This document shows, in pieces, positions 52,021 to 61,938 of a DNA stretch of 64,000 nt (position 1 is the stretch's first letter; the number at the start of each line of letters is the position of its first letter). The DNA comes from a virus. The stretch is from IMG/VR virus record IMGVR_UViG_3300033565_000026, positions 1-64,000 of that record; one strand, 5' to 3'. The notes beneath the pieces are model-generated. The model worked only from the letters and a program-made list of their open reading frames with translations, did not search any database and was not told the origin of the DNA. A program made the translations under genes and the position numbers.

Positions 52021-55000
52021 ATGACAGTTCAAACGATTTATGTAACGTATTCCGGGGGGTCAATGGATGGCACTCATTATACGGCAGATGGCACTAATGA
52101 CCAAGACGCTATTAATAGTGCTTTGAATCTTGCAAGTGCCAACCCGGGGTCTACTGTAATAATGCGAGGGCCCCACACATATAATATTAGAGATCAAATC
52201 AAAGTTGGATCATCAACTACATGGACTGCTGAATCAGGAGTAATACTAAAAGTTCCAGATTATGCTTGTGGAGGGAGCGTGACTTATGGAACATCTGGGG
52301 CTTGGTGTGCTTTTCCAGATGGGTCTGGAGTTATTACAAAATTAACTACTACTGTAACGGGCATTGAAATATATGGTTTCGAGATTGACGGAAATTGTCA
52401 GCACCAATATACGAAACTGGGGCTGGCACACGGAACGCCTTCTTCTGCTGGTTCAGGAGTAGAGAGGCTTATTCAATTTCAAGGGAGTTCTGGATATGAG
52501 TGTCAGGATATTAATATCCATGACATGAATATCCATGACGCTTTCGGGGAAGCGTTACAGGTTACATTTTGTAAAAATGTTAGATTTCACGATAATATAT
52601 GCAGTAACCACCAACATGAAGGAGTTTATTATAAAGCAATAACCGGAAGCGGAAACGCAATTTATAACAATTCCATAGCCGGAATAACTAGCGGTTGTAT
52701 TCGTTGTGATTCATGCCAGAATGTCAATATTTATGATAATGACTGTACTTCTTATGATGGACCCAATAATAACGGAGCACCTAAATTTGGTCATTCTGGA
52801 ATGCAGATCGCAAATAACGCTTCTTATTCAATCCTTACAAATAATATTAATGTTTATAATAATACCATTTCAGGTCCGAATGTCGCGGGCATCTGGATGA
52901 ATGATGTCAAGAAGACAGCCGGGACAAATGCACAGACTGTCAATATATATAATAATACAATTAATAATGGATGTGGTTGGGCTTCTTGGGCTTATTGGAG
53001 TGCAGGAATTGGCATTCAGTGGGGTAATGGTCTTACTATAGAATACAATGATTTTGATGGCTGTTACTGTCATACAATATTGATTTATGGAAATATCACG
53101 TCCTCGGCAACTTCTATAAAAATTAATAATAATAATATAAAAAACACTCGTGCTAATAGGGATGGAACTACACCCACTGACGGGAGTACACCTAAATATA
53201 CAACCCCTGTTGGGTATGGGATTTGTAATGTAAAATCCACAACAGTCACGGCTGCCATATCATATACTTATTTTTCCGGAAATCTAAAAGGTCCAATTTA
53301 TCCTACAAATTTAATTCATACTAACGATGTTACTACCCTAAACGGATTAAAACCTGGAACTTCTACAGGTGGAAGTACAGGGGGAGGGAGTACAGGAGGT
53401 GGGACAACTGGAGATGTACTTCCAGAAATTCCCGTCAGGTACATCCCCCAAAATAGAGCAGTTAGAGAATCTTTAGCGGAATATTTCTTAAGAGATTATA
53501 CAGTCTATGACGAAAATAATAGAGAGATTACAGCCTATATAAATCAGTATCCTTTAAGAATTGTAGGATTCTCCAAAAAGACTACTAAAGTGATAGCTTC
53601 AAACAAGCCTCCTGGTATTGATGGCGTAAATTTGGGAGACTTCGGTTTTGAAGGTGGATCTTTTACTGTTACATGTAGGGTAAGCTCCTTAGACGATGCG
53701 TGGCAGCAAATTTCAGCTTGGAAGCGGAGAAGTCCGGCTATTCTTGAGCCTGGTGGAGTTTATTCAGGTTGGTTCCTCTCAGGAATAATGACTACTCCTG
53801 AATCTGATATCAGGTTTAATTCTGAAGAAGTACCCGAAAGAGGGTTTACATATACAGTTCAGTTTGAAACTGATACACCATTTTTTAGAAGTACTACCGA
53901 AAGAATAAGAAGTCGAAAAATAACAAATAGTTTGCAATGGTCTGCTGATGACATATATACAGGAAATCAGTTATCAAATCCTTCTTTAGAATCGTGGCTC
54001 GCGGGAATGGAAGACGTAGCGCCGGATAGATGGAATTATGAAACTGCTGGAATGCAGATGTCAGGAGAAACCGCACATGATGGAGCCAACAGCGTACTAA
54101 TTACAGGAAACGGGACTGATGCAGATAGAGGAAGCTTTTCTCAGCCTGTCAAATTAGAAGCAGGCTTTAGTTATCTTCTATCTGCATATGGTGCGGTTTC
54201 AGGACTCACACAAGGGCAATTAGTTGTTGAGCTTGAAGCAGGCGGAGGGGTTGTATCTCAATTAGTTTGGGATGACGTGATGGATTGGTATCAGCAACAG
54301 ATTATAATCACGCCTTCCCTAAATATGTATGATGCAGTCGTAAGAGTACACCTGATAGGAACCGCTAACGCTGAAGCTCTTGTTTATTGTGACGATATGT
54401 ACTTTGGGAGAATGGCAGATATTGAAATTGCTGCATTAGGGAACAGTATTCAGACACTCGGATATGAAGACGCGATTCCTGATTTTGAAGTGAGTGCGGT
54501 CCAGATGTCGAACGTAACTTCCTCAACTGAAACGGCAGGAGTCCAGGCAACAAATGTAAATAATGGAGCAAGTACGGCAAATTCGTATAGTACAACTTAT
54601 ACAACTTGGAGACTTGTTTTGACTACATCACTTCCTCAACTATCGGGAGGAGGAAAATACAGAATAGATCAAGTTTCGTGTACCCTCGCGGCTTATGTGG
54701 ATACGACTTACAAAGCATATTTAGAGCCTAGGTTATATGCTCCTTCTCTGAATGGAGGAGTAGAGCAGGCATTGGCTACCGGATGGGAAACCACTTCATT
54801 AACAGCCGTTGCTTTTTCTGAGGATATTACAGGCAAGACCTCAGCAAATGAAGCCATTGAAATAAGATGGTATGCAAAAGTTGAAAATAATTCAAATGGA
54901 CATAAAGCAGTCCCTAAATTATTAACCGTCAAATATACACCCCTCACAACATCAACAGCATATAGTTATGTCGCGGGAACTCAAGTAGTGACCACAAGAG

Positions 55001-56052
55001 ATGACGAAGACGCGACAAATGCTACATCTTTCACAGCATTATATACTCAAACTATTCCAGCACTCTCAAATAATGCTACGTGTAGGCTGGATGGATTATC
55101 TGCACAATTAGCTGTTAGTGTTAGCGGGAACACGGCAACTATGCAAGTAACGGCTCAGGCTACGGGCTGGCAGGGAGGGGCTGAAACTGTAATTGTAGGT
55201 CCCTGGGCTGCAACTTCTGTAGATCCGAGTTTTACAACGAAATCATCAGTTAGCAGCCAAACTAATTTTGGGAACGGCCCGGTTACAATAAAATGGTATC
55301 TCAAAAGCACTACTGGGACTGATGCGTCTTGCAGAAATATGACTATTAAATACACCCCGATGATTCCACAGAGCGCACCTGATCTAGATGCCGGAAGCGC
55401 AACTATTTCAATCTATAATGTGGATGATCCAACAGTCGTTCTTGATATGTGTAATACTTTATTACCTAAATGTAAATTCGCAATCAATAGCGATTATTCA
55501 GGCTCTTTTGAAATGTCAGAGGATTTTTCTGATAATCTATACAGTTCTATAATTACAGATAATGGGTCCACAACTCCGGTTTATTCAGCAGCGAATAGAA
55601 CTTTAGAACTTCCAGCAGGATCATATTTAACATATCTTTTTGACACTAAATATTCAGTTACCGGAAAGCCATTTATTCAAGTTTTTGTGGTGTCAGGTAT
55701 CCCTCAGATGTGGATTGCAGACTATGACCCAATAACAAAGGGACCTGTTGAATGGTATGCAGCAGACAGCAACACGGCAACAGCATTAGAGGACACGGCA
55801 ATTTATAGAGAGCTTGATAACGCTGCCAATCTTTCCCTCGCTGGAAAATCAAAATATTTCGTCTGTATAAAACCACCCACGAGTGGAACTTGCACAATCG
55901 GCTCTATTTATCATTATGCTGATCTAGTTACTATGGATGCTCCGAGACCTAAAATTTTCGCAAATGGTGGTGTAAATACTTTTGCAGCGATCTTAAACGG
56001 GAATCCTTGTATCGTCACAATTAGGTATCGGGATACTAACATGGTGATCTAA
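52021..56052 (+). CDS. Giant distal-tail (Dit-like) fusion protein
   Basis: 1343 aa in four parts: an N-terminal beta-helix domain, a GGSTGGGSTGGGTTG linker (53355-53412), a Dit-like segment (YPLRIVGFSKK..LGDFGFEGGSFTVTC) with a CBM-like insertion, and two tandem domains of about 140 aa each. The tandem domains end in IRWYAK..LTVKYTPL and IKWYLK..MTIKYTPM. Confidence 0.6.
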   Translation: MTVQTIYVTYSGGSMDGTHYTADGTNDQDAINSALNLASANPGSTVIMRGPHTYNIRDQIKVGSSTTWTAESGVILKVPDYACGGSVTYGTSGAWCAFPDGSGVITKLTTTVTGIEIYGFEIDGNCQHQYTKLGLAHGTPSSAGSGVERLIQFQGSSGYECQDINIHDMNIHDAFGEALQVTFCKNVRFHDNICSNHQHEGVYYKAITGSGNAIYNNSIAGITSGCIRCDSCQNVNIYDNDCTSYDGPNNNGAPKFGHSGMQIANNASYSILTNNINVYNNTISGPNVAGIWMNDVKKTAGTNAQTVNIYNNTINNGCGWASWAYWSAGIGIQWGNGLTIEYNDFDGCYCHTILIYGNITSSATSIKINNNNIKNTRANRDGTTPTDGSTPKYTTPVGYGICNVKSTTVTAAISYTYFSGNLKGPIYPTNLIHTNDVTTLNGLKPGTSTGGSTGGGSTGGGTTGDVLPEIPVRYIPQNRAVRESLAEYFLRDYTVYDENNREITAYINQYPLRIVGFSKKTTKVIASNKPPGIDGVNLGDFGFEGGSFTVTCRVSSLDDAWQQISAWKRRSPAILEPGGVYSGWFLSGIMTTPESDIRFNSEEVPERGFTYTVQFETDTPFFRSTTERIRSRKITNSLQWSADDIYTGNQLSNPSLESWLAGMEDVAPDRWNYETAGMQMSGETAHDGANSVLITGNGTDADRGSFSQPVKLEAGFSYLLSAYGAVSGLTQGQLVVELEAGGGVVSQLVWDDVMDWYQQQIIITPSLNMYDAVVRVHLIGTANAEALVYCDDMYFGRMADIEIAALGNSIQTLGYEDAIPDFEVSAVQMSNVTSSTETAGVQATNVNNGASTANSYSTTYTTWRLVLTTSLPQLSGGGKYRIDQVSCTLAAYVDTTYKAYLEPRLYAPSLNGGVEQALATGWETTSLTAVAFSEDITGKTSANEAIEIRWYAKVENNSNGHKAVPKLLTVKYTPLTTSTAYSYVAGTQVVTTRDDEDATNATSFTALYTQTIPALSNNATCRLDGLSAQLAVSVSGNTATMQVTAQATGWQGGAETVIVGPWAATSVDPSFTTKSSVSSQTNFGNGPVTIKWYLKSTTGTDASCRNMTIKYTPMIPQSAPDLDAGSATISIYNVDDPTVVLDMCNTLLPKCKFAINSDYSGSFEMSEDFSDNLYSSIITDNGSTTPVYSAANRTLELPAGSYLTYLFDTKYSVTGKPFIQVFVVSGIPQMWIADYDPITKGPVEWYAADSNTATALEDTAIYRELDNAANLSLAGKSKYFVCIKPPTSGTCTIGSIYHYADLVTMDAPRPKIFANGGVNTFAAILNGNPCIVTIRYRDTNMVI

Positions 56053-57185
56053 TGATTTACGAGTTTAACGCCAGGCTCGTAGTTCAGAAAGAGCTTACAG
56101 GGAGCAAATATATCCTGCAAGTAATTTCAGCCAGCACAGAACAAAACTCAACCATACCCACCGCAGAGGTTGAGGTTGTGGCGAATAATGGCTCTATAGA
56201 TTACCTTTCGGATATTGAATTTTTTGATATTGTATGGTTAGAAACCTCAATCCGGTTCTCTCAAAGTGAGAAAATCGTCTGGAAAAAGCTTTTTGAAGGA
56301 AGAATAATATCAAGACGGGAACAATGGGGAACGGGTACAACGGCAACACTGGCATGTATAGGACATGCTTATGAGCCGTCTGTCAGGATAATCCCGGAAG
56401 CTTCCAGCTTTGCAAGTACAACAGACTCAAAAACTATTCTTAATGTTGTTAGGACATACCTTACTAAGTCCGAAATTACCGTTCCTTATGCGGCCACTTT
56501 CAATACAACTTATTCAATTAAAGCATACCAAAAATATATAAAAGACGTAATGGAAGACATGATAGCCATCTCAGGAAATACATATTATTTTGATACAGTT
56601 GTTTATTATAGTGCTGCCAAATTGGTAACAGGTGGAGAAATCCAATATAAGCCAGTTCCTGCATCAGCCACTACTCAATATTCCATCAGAAGCGGTACTC
56701 CTCGCCTTCTTGAAGCACATTTCGAAAGTGACGGAGGAAACGTATGGAATTATATAATACAGTTGGGACAAAAACCCGATGAAAATTCACAATATCAAGC
56801 AATTTCAAGCGATTCAGCATCTATTCTTAGGTATGGATCGAGAGAGCTTGTTAATATTGATACAAGTTTAACTTCCTTTACTATGTGCCAGGGGTTAGCA
56901 GATGGAATTAAACCCATATTAAAAGATCCTGTTGTAACTGGTTCAGCCACATTGTTCTTGACACCTGGAGCTAAGTACAAAGATCTCGTTTCAATTAATA
57001 TAGATAGGATTCAAGTTTCAAACGTGCCTCTTAATGTCGTTTTGAGAGTTGAAAGAGTGAGTCATTCAATTTCAAAAAATTCGTGTACTACTTCCTTAGA
57101 ATTTGGAGTAAGGAAAACACAAGATGACTATACAGCAGAATTTAAGCGCAAAAATAGGATTACTATGAGTCAATTTGTGGAGTGA
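56052..57185 (+). CDS. Tail hub / Tal-like protein
   Basis: 377 aa in the third position after the tape measure (TMP-Dit-Tal order). The start overlaps the upstream stop (TAATG). Confidence 0.35.
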   Translation: MIYEFNARLVVQKELTGSKYILQVISASTEQNSTIPTAEVEVVANNGSIDYLSDIEFFDIVWLETSIRFSQSEKIVWKKLFEGRIISRREQWGTGTTATLACIGHAYEPSVRIIPEASSFASTTDSKTILNVVRTYLTKSEITVPYAATFNTTYSIKAYQKYIKDVMEDMIAISGNTYYFDTVVYYSAAKLVTGGEIQYKPVPASATTQYSIRSGTPRLLEAHFESDGGNVWNYIIQLGQKPDENSQYQAISSDSASILRYGSRELVNIDTSLTSFTMCQGLADGIKPILKDPVVTGSATLFLTPGAKYKDLVSINIDRIQVSNVPLNVVLRVERVSHSISKNSCTTSLEFGVRKTQDDYTAEFKRKNRITMSQFVE

Positions 57186-57189
57186 TAAA

Positions 57190-57690
57190 ATGGGACTAGA
57201 ACAGTATGATTTTTTATATACTCAAGCTCAGACAATGTTAACGAACCTTAATTCTTTACTTGAAGCATTAACGCTTCTTGAGAACAGCAGTACTGGAATA
57301 TCAGAAAGTCTCAGTACATTATCAACCTCTCTTGATTCAGTTGTTGCTCTAATCGGCTCTAATGATCTCGAAGGAGCTAATACCGCAATCGGAGCAATCA
57401 AATTATCAATGAGTACCGTTTCTGTGCCTTCTGAACCGATTACAACAGCAAAAGAAGGAGTAGGGGCTGCAATAGTTCAGGTTAATGAACTTGTGCCTTT
57501 GATTACAGCAGAGGTTGAAAAGTATGTGGATGGAAAAACAACATATAAATATAAATGTTTAGTATGTTCTGCTAACTGTGATCTATCTTTAAAATTTGTA
57601 CCTCTTGATAAATCAATATTAACTACTTGTTTATTAGATAAGAAAAATAGTGCTGATTTTAAGCAGATTAGTGTGGAAGTTACCAATTAA
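57190..57690 (+). CDS. Tail-tip associated protein, unknown function
   Basis: ATG at 57190. It has a helical N-half and a C-terminal Cys pair (CLVCSANC). Confidence 0.45.
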   Translation: MGLEQYDFLYTQAQTMLTNLNSLLEALTLLENSSTGISESLSTLSTSLDSVVALIGSNDLEGANTAIGAIKLSMSTVSVPSEPITTAKEGVGAAIVQVNELVPLITAEVEKYVDGKTTYKYKCLVCSANCDLSLKFVPLDKSILTTCLLDKKNSADFKQISVEVTN

Positions 57691-57728
57691 GATACTTTTA
57701 AATCTTAAACTTCCTTTTTTATCTCCAT

Positions 57729-58400
57729 ATGAAAAAAATAATCCCTCTCTTAATACTCTTTATATTTCTGATAAGCTCGGCATCAGCCGCAACTCTAACA
57801 GTAGGCTCAACGGCTAAATACAAGACTATTCAATCTGCTGTTAATGCAGCCGCTAACGGTGATACAATTTACGTTAACGCCGGAACTTACAACGAACTTG
57901 TAAACGTCAATACAAAAATGCTGACATTTCAAGGGCAAAAAATAGGAACTGTTTACAAGTATCCAAAAGTTAACGGTTTTTCCTTTGGTGTTGGATCTAA
58001 ACCAGGAGAAGCGGGCGCAGGAAATATAAACGGATTCAACGTCACAAAATACGGAATAGATTATCAGCTAATTGGTGGGAATACTGTAAGAAATAATTAT
58101 ATCTATACAAAGGGAGTGTATTGCAGAGGCGCAACCTGCTCAAATAATACAATCATAAATAATAAATTTTATAATTGTGGCATTTCGCTATATGAATCTA
58201 GTCTGAATTCAATAACAGGAAATACAATTTCTAAAGCTTCCGTAGGATTGGGAATGTATGAAGGTTCTTCCTGCACGACAATTACAGGGAATACCTTTTC
58301 GTGTTGTAGTGTTGGGGTTGCATGTTGGGATATTCCATCAATTTTAGTAGGGAATGTGTATAAAGGTAATACTGTAAATATCAAAACTGGAGTTTATTAA
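57729..58400 (+). CDS. Secreted small beta-helix protein
   Basis: 223 aa with the signal peptide MKKIIPLLILFIFLISSASA. It has GDTIYVNAGTY and repeated N-N-x-I/F turns. Confidence 0.6.
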   Translation: MKKIIPLLILFIFLISSASAATLTVGSTAKYKTIQSAVNAAANGDTIYVNAGTYNELVNVNTKMLTFQGQKIGTVYKYPKVNGFSFGVGSKPGEAGAGNINGFNVTKYGIDYQLIGGNTVRNNYIYTKGVYCRGATCSNNTIINNKFYNCGISLYESSLNSITGNTISKASVGLGMYEGSSCTTITGNTFSCCSVGVACWDIPSILVGNVYKGNTVNIKTGVY

Positions 58401-58459
58401 CTCCTTTAATCTTTTTTACATTCGGAATATTTACATATCTGATTCTCCAATCCTTATCT

Positions 58460-58795
58460 ATGCCCTCAAAAAAGATCTCAGTAATCCTAGATTCAGAAAT
58501 AATCAGACAAATAGAAGATACCAATCTAACTCAAACTAAAGCAGTAACAGAAGCATTACAATACTACTTCTCAGAAGATCGAGAGAAGATAACAGAATAC
58601 AAAAATCTGATTTTATCGCAGGAAAAGATGATTATTAGACTAGAGGCTCAGCTATCAGAAATGGGAACACTAAAACAAGAATTAGAGAGGGTGCATGAGG
58701 CACATAATAAACACGTCGTGCAGGTTCAAACGTTGATTAATGATAGGATCTTAAGATTGGAAGATAAAAAGAAGAAATGGTATCGTTTTTGGTGA
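58460..58795 (+). CDS. RHH-like protein with a coiled-coil tail
   Basis: 111 aa. KKISVILDSEIIRQIE..TKAVTEALQYYF is followed by a heptad-rich helix. Confidence 0.45.
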   Translation: MPSKKISVILDSEIIRQIEDTNLTQTKAVTEALQYYFSEDREKITEYKNLILSQEKMIIRLEAQLSEMGTLKQELERVHEAHNKHVVQVQTLINDRILRLEDKKKKWYRFW

Positions 58796-58953
58796 TTAGA
58801 ATAGTATTCTCACAGAGTATATAAGAATATATGCTCCTATAACGAGTGCGAAGATACATTTAATTCCTTCTATTATTTGATTTGTTGTCAGAAATTCACC
58901 CTCTTGTAAGAAGGAGAAAGTTATTTAAAAAGTTAATTGTTTTTCACTCCTCT

Positions 58954-59148
58954 TTATTCTCTATATTCTAATCTCTTACTTCCAGCTATATAAGAATCAA
59001 TAGCCACATACAAAAAAGCTTCACATTCTTCATTATCAATTATTTTTATTTCAGTGTCATCTGATCCTTCGATCGTAGAAATTACATTGTTAATCATATT
59101 TTCAATCGTTTCGATTTGTTCTTTTGATAGTTTAAATAGTTCAGACAT
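58954..59148 (-). CDS. Hypothetical acidic protein
   Basis: 64 aa, preceded by GGAGAGTGAAAAATA. Confidence 0.5.
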   Translation of the reverse strand: MSELFKLSKEQIETIENMINNVISTIEGSDDTEIKIIDNEECEAFLYVAIDSYIAGSKRLEYRE

Positions 59149-59154
59149 TATTTT

Positions 59155-59727
59155 TCACTCTCCTTTTAATATTCCCCATTCCATTAACCGCTTCTCAATA
59201 TCCCGATGCTCGTAATCAGTGAAAGACAAGCTCTGATAGTGCCGGAGGCTTGTAATCGGATCATGTCCCTGGCGAGAATATATCTTAATCTCAGGAATCC
59301 CACTTTCCAGCATCCAGCTTTCAATAGTTTTCCTCGGTGTTTTCGGTCCAATCTTAGGCTCTATACAAGCCTTTCGTGACCATCTTGATAAGTTCCTATT
59401 CCACGAGGTTCTATCAGGCGGTCTTGATCCTTCGGTGAAAGCCTTAAAAAGATACTGAAATGTAGAGGGCAACTTATCAATCGTCCTCTTTACAAGCTTC
59501 TGTTTTACCTTCTGCTGTGCATCAGGTGGGAGGATAATTTGATTTCTTGATTTCGAGTACCATTCAGGATGGTCATGGAGCCTTTGAAGTTCTATATACC
59601 TCATTCCTGTTATTGTGTTCACTTCAAAAATTACTTTCTTTTTTTCAGGGATTGATTGAATAAATTTGTCGTATTCTTCAACCGTTAGAACTTTAGTGCC
59701 GTCTGAGGTTACTAAGCCGTTATCCAT
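59155..59727 (-). CDS. Short tyrosine recombinase (catalytic domain only)
   Basis: 190 aa with ordered R (TGMRYIE), K/R (KTPRKTIESWM), H..R (QGHDPITSLRHY) and Y. There is no N-terminal core-binding domain. It is preceded by AGGAGTTACTAA. Confidence 0.65.
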   Translation of the reverse strand: MDNGLVTSDGTKVLTVEEYDKFIQSIPEKKKVIFEVNTITGMRYIELQRLHDHPEWYSKSRNQIILPPDAQQKVKQKLVKRTIDKLPSTFQYLFKAFTEGSRPPDRTSWNRNLSRWSRKACIEPKIGPKTPRKTIESWMLESGIPEIKIYSRQGHDPITSLRHYQSLSFTDYEHRDIEKRLMEWGILKGE

Positions 59728-60180
59728 TTAGTAACTCCTATTAACTATACTTAATACAATTCCACACCCTAACCCAGAAATAAACTTATAATCTCCATAC
59801 GTCATCCACTCAATAATACTGCTTCTAAAAATGGACTGCATCACAAGCATTATTATGACACATAATATCACACCAAACGTAATTCTTCCAATTCCTTCAA
59901 ATACTCCGATTTTATCACCTCTAAACTTCTATACATACTAAACAGCAACATAATATAAAAAGGTTGCTATTTTTAATTATAAAAATTTTAATATTTTTAC
60001 ATTCAAACATCGGTATATAAACTCTAAATGTGGGAATGTGAAAACAGCATCATTTTATCTTAAAATGTTGCTATCATGTTTTGAAGCTGTTAGTATAGAG
60101 TATGCAGAAATGGTAAATAACTTTAAATAACATTAATTACTATTAACTAACAATAAATAAGATTAGTTAAAGGTGAGTAA

Positions 60181-60516
60181 ATGAGAAACCTAAAATTTAG
60201 AGCATGGGATGAAAAAAATCAGAGAATGATTACTGAGATAGGATTATTTGATTTATCTGACGCAGATGAAAAGTTATCTATTCAAGCGCTTGAAGAATGC
60301 CCGATTATGCAATATACTGGGCTTAAAGATAAGAATGGTGTAGAAATATATGAAGATGATATTCTTTGTGTTCAGTATAATAATATAGGGAATATTAAGG
60401 TGAATTTTGAAAATGGTATGTTTAACTGTCGTAAATTCAAGCTTGCAGAATGTGTTGTTATGGGAAACATCCATGAGAATAAATCGCTTAGTTATAAAGA
60501 ATATAATTGTTATTGA
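60181..60516 (+). CDS. YopX-like phage protein
   Basis: 111 aa. KFRAWD..QRMI, MQYTGLKDKNGVEIYEDDI and GNIHEN are the hallmark segments of YopX-family proteins. Confidence 0.7.
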   Translation: MRNLKFRAWDEKNQRMITEIGLFDLSDADEKLSIQALEECPIMQYTGLKDKNGVEIYEDDILCVQYNNIGNIKVNFENGMFNCRKFKLAECVVMGNIHENKSLSYKEYNCY

Positions 60517-60525
60517 GGTGAAAGA

Positions 60526-60672
60526 ATGCCTATAAAATCATACTCAATCCCTCAAAGCATAATAGACCGCCACGAGGAATATAAAAAGAATACACCTGAG
60601 TATAAACAGTTTAATGCTTCTGCTGTAGTTGCAGAGGCACTTGATAAGAAATTAAATGAGGAAGGATATTAA
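60526..60672 (+). CDS. Small RHH-like protein (48 aa)
   Basis: ATG after GAGGTGAAAGA. It has KSYSIPQSIIDRHEEY..AVVAEALDKKL. Below the track cut-off. Confidence 0.4.
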   Translation: MPIKSYSIPQSIIDRHEEYKKNTPEYKQFNASAVVAEALDKKLNEEGY

Positions 60673-60864
60673 ATGTATGAAGTTTTTGAATGTCTTCGAT
60701 GTTGTAATGTATTTAGTATGACAGATGAAGAACGAATTGCATTTTGCAAATCAGGAAGATCAACGATAACGTGTCCTAAATGTGGGTGTTATGGAATTGA
60801 GATATTGACTTGTATCGAGACTAGCAAAATAATAAAAAACGTTAGAAGTATTAATCCTCAATAA
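60673..60864 (+). CDS. Zinc-ribbon protein
   Basis: 63 aa with CLRCC..CPKCGC. Confidence 0.55.
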   Translation: MYEVFECLRCCNVFSMTDEERIAFCKSGRSTITCPKCGCYGIEILTCIETSKIIKNVRSINPQ

Positions 60865-61333
60865 TAAAACATCCTTCCTGCAAAGCATACTTCTCCCCCA
60901 CAAAAACATATCCATTTTTGTTAACTATCCCGGGAACACAAACTTTCTTTTTTGTGACTGCATTAGAAGCTTTCAAGTGCGTTTCTATTGGCTCTTGAAT
61001 AACTTCCTCTTTGATAGTAGTGTCGATTTGTTCAGAAGGCTCTATAATAACCTCTTCTTCCTGCTCAATAATTTCTTCTTGTGATTCTTCTATATCTTCT
61101 TCTGGCTCACTTTTTAACGTTTGATTCTCAAGAGCTTGAGTATAGCCATTATCCTCTTCAATGGGAACCTATTCTATAGTCTCTTCTGTTGTATTATTTG
61201 TTTCATTCGGAGTAGTTACGGTCTCATTAATTACAGTTGAATTATTAATTTCTGGAGTAGTAGCCATTGAAATGATGGCACATACTAAAAAACAAGCAGC
61301 ACCAACAATAAAAAAGTAAGTTAGCTTTTCCAT
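60851..61333 (-). CDS. Signal-peptide protein with an in-frame TAG (codon 55)
   Basis: ATG 61333 follows AAGGTG. The hydrophobic N-terminus is followed by an N-x-T-rich stretch and a TAG at 61169-61171. A further 105 in-frame codons, with no ATG and only late GTG/TTG codons, run to TAA at 60851-60853. I checked this codon by codon. Confidence 0.5.
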
Positions 61334-61356
61334 AAAAACACCTTAAAAAAAGAAAA

Positions 61357-61773
61357 TTAGTTGGTTCTTGTTGAAACCAACTTACCTTGAGAATTATAAA
61401 TTTTTGCTGTTTCACCTTTGCAGGATAAAATTGCTCCGTTTGTACCGAGCGAATAAGCACCTGGGACTTTTCCTGTATAGATCCATATACTCTTGCAGGA
61501 TTTGAGAGTTACAGCAGGAAGATTATAACGAACTTCCTTAGAACACCCTGCGCACTTCAGGCCAACTTTCCATCCCTTTAAATTAACAGGAGAATAAAGT
61601 CCATTAGTGATCTTGATATATTCCTTTCCTGAACATTGCATGTAAGAAACGCATACAGTTTTTGAACACGTTGAACATGATTTACAACTCGATCCTGAAC
61701 ATGCTGCCATAGAAGGAGATACGAAGGACAGCATTAGCATAGCTCCGATTAATAAAATTAGATATTTTTTCAT
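61357..61773 (-). CDS. Secreted Cys-rich protein with a lamin-tail-domain-like segment
   Basis: 138 aa with a signal peptide and CSGSSCKSCSTCSKTVC. EYIKITN..VNLKGWKV..LKSCKSIWIYTG..GETAKIYNSQGKLV fits the LTD pattern. Confidence 0.5.
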   Translation of the reverse strand: MKKYLILLIGAMLMLSFVSPSMAACSGSSCKSCSTCSKTVCVSYMQCSGKEYIKITNGLYSPVNLKGWKVGLKCAGCSKEVRYNLPAVTLKSCKSIWIYTGKVPGAYSLGTNGAILSCKGETAKIYNSQGKLVSTRTN

Positions 61774-61938
61774 ATATCATTACCTCAAAAATAGATATGT
61801 TGTTATATATTAAAATATTTTCGATATTATAATATATACTTATATTATATGTAAAAAGAGTATTTTTAAAAAAAGTAGAAATTTAGGTTTAAGAGTGTAG
61901 CCTTAATGAATCAAAAAGAGTAAGAAACATATAGGCAC

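Noticed and set aside
59728-59930. Small hydrophobic minus-strand frame ending directly at the integrase ATG (TAAATG).
   Set aside because: A good SD (GAGGTGA) is followed by ATC rather than a usual start. The first in-frame GTG or ATG gives only 38-44 aa. This is too uncertain to call.
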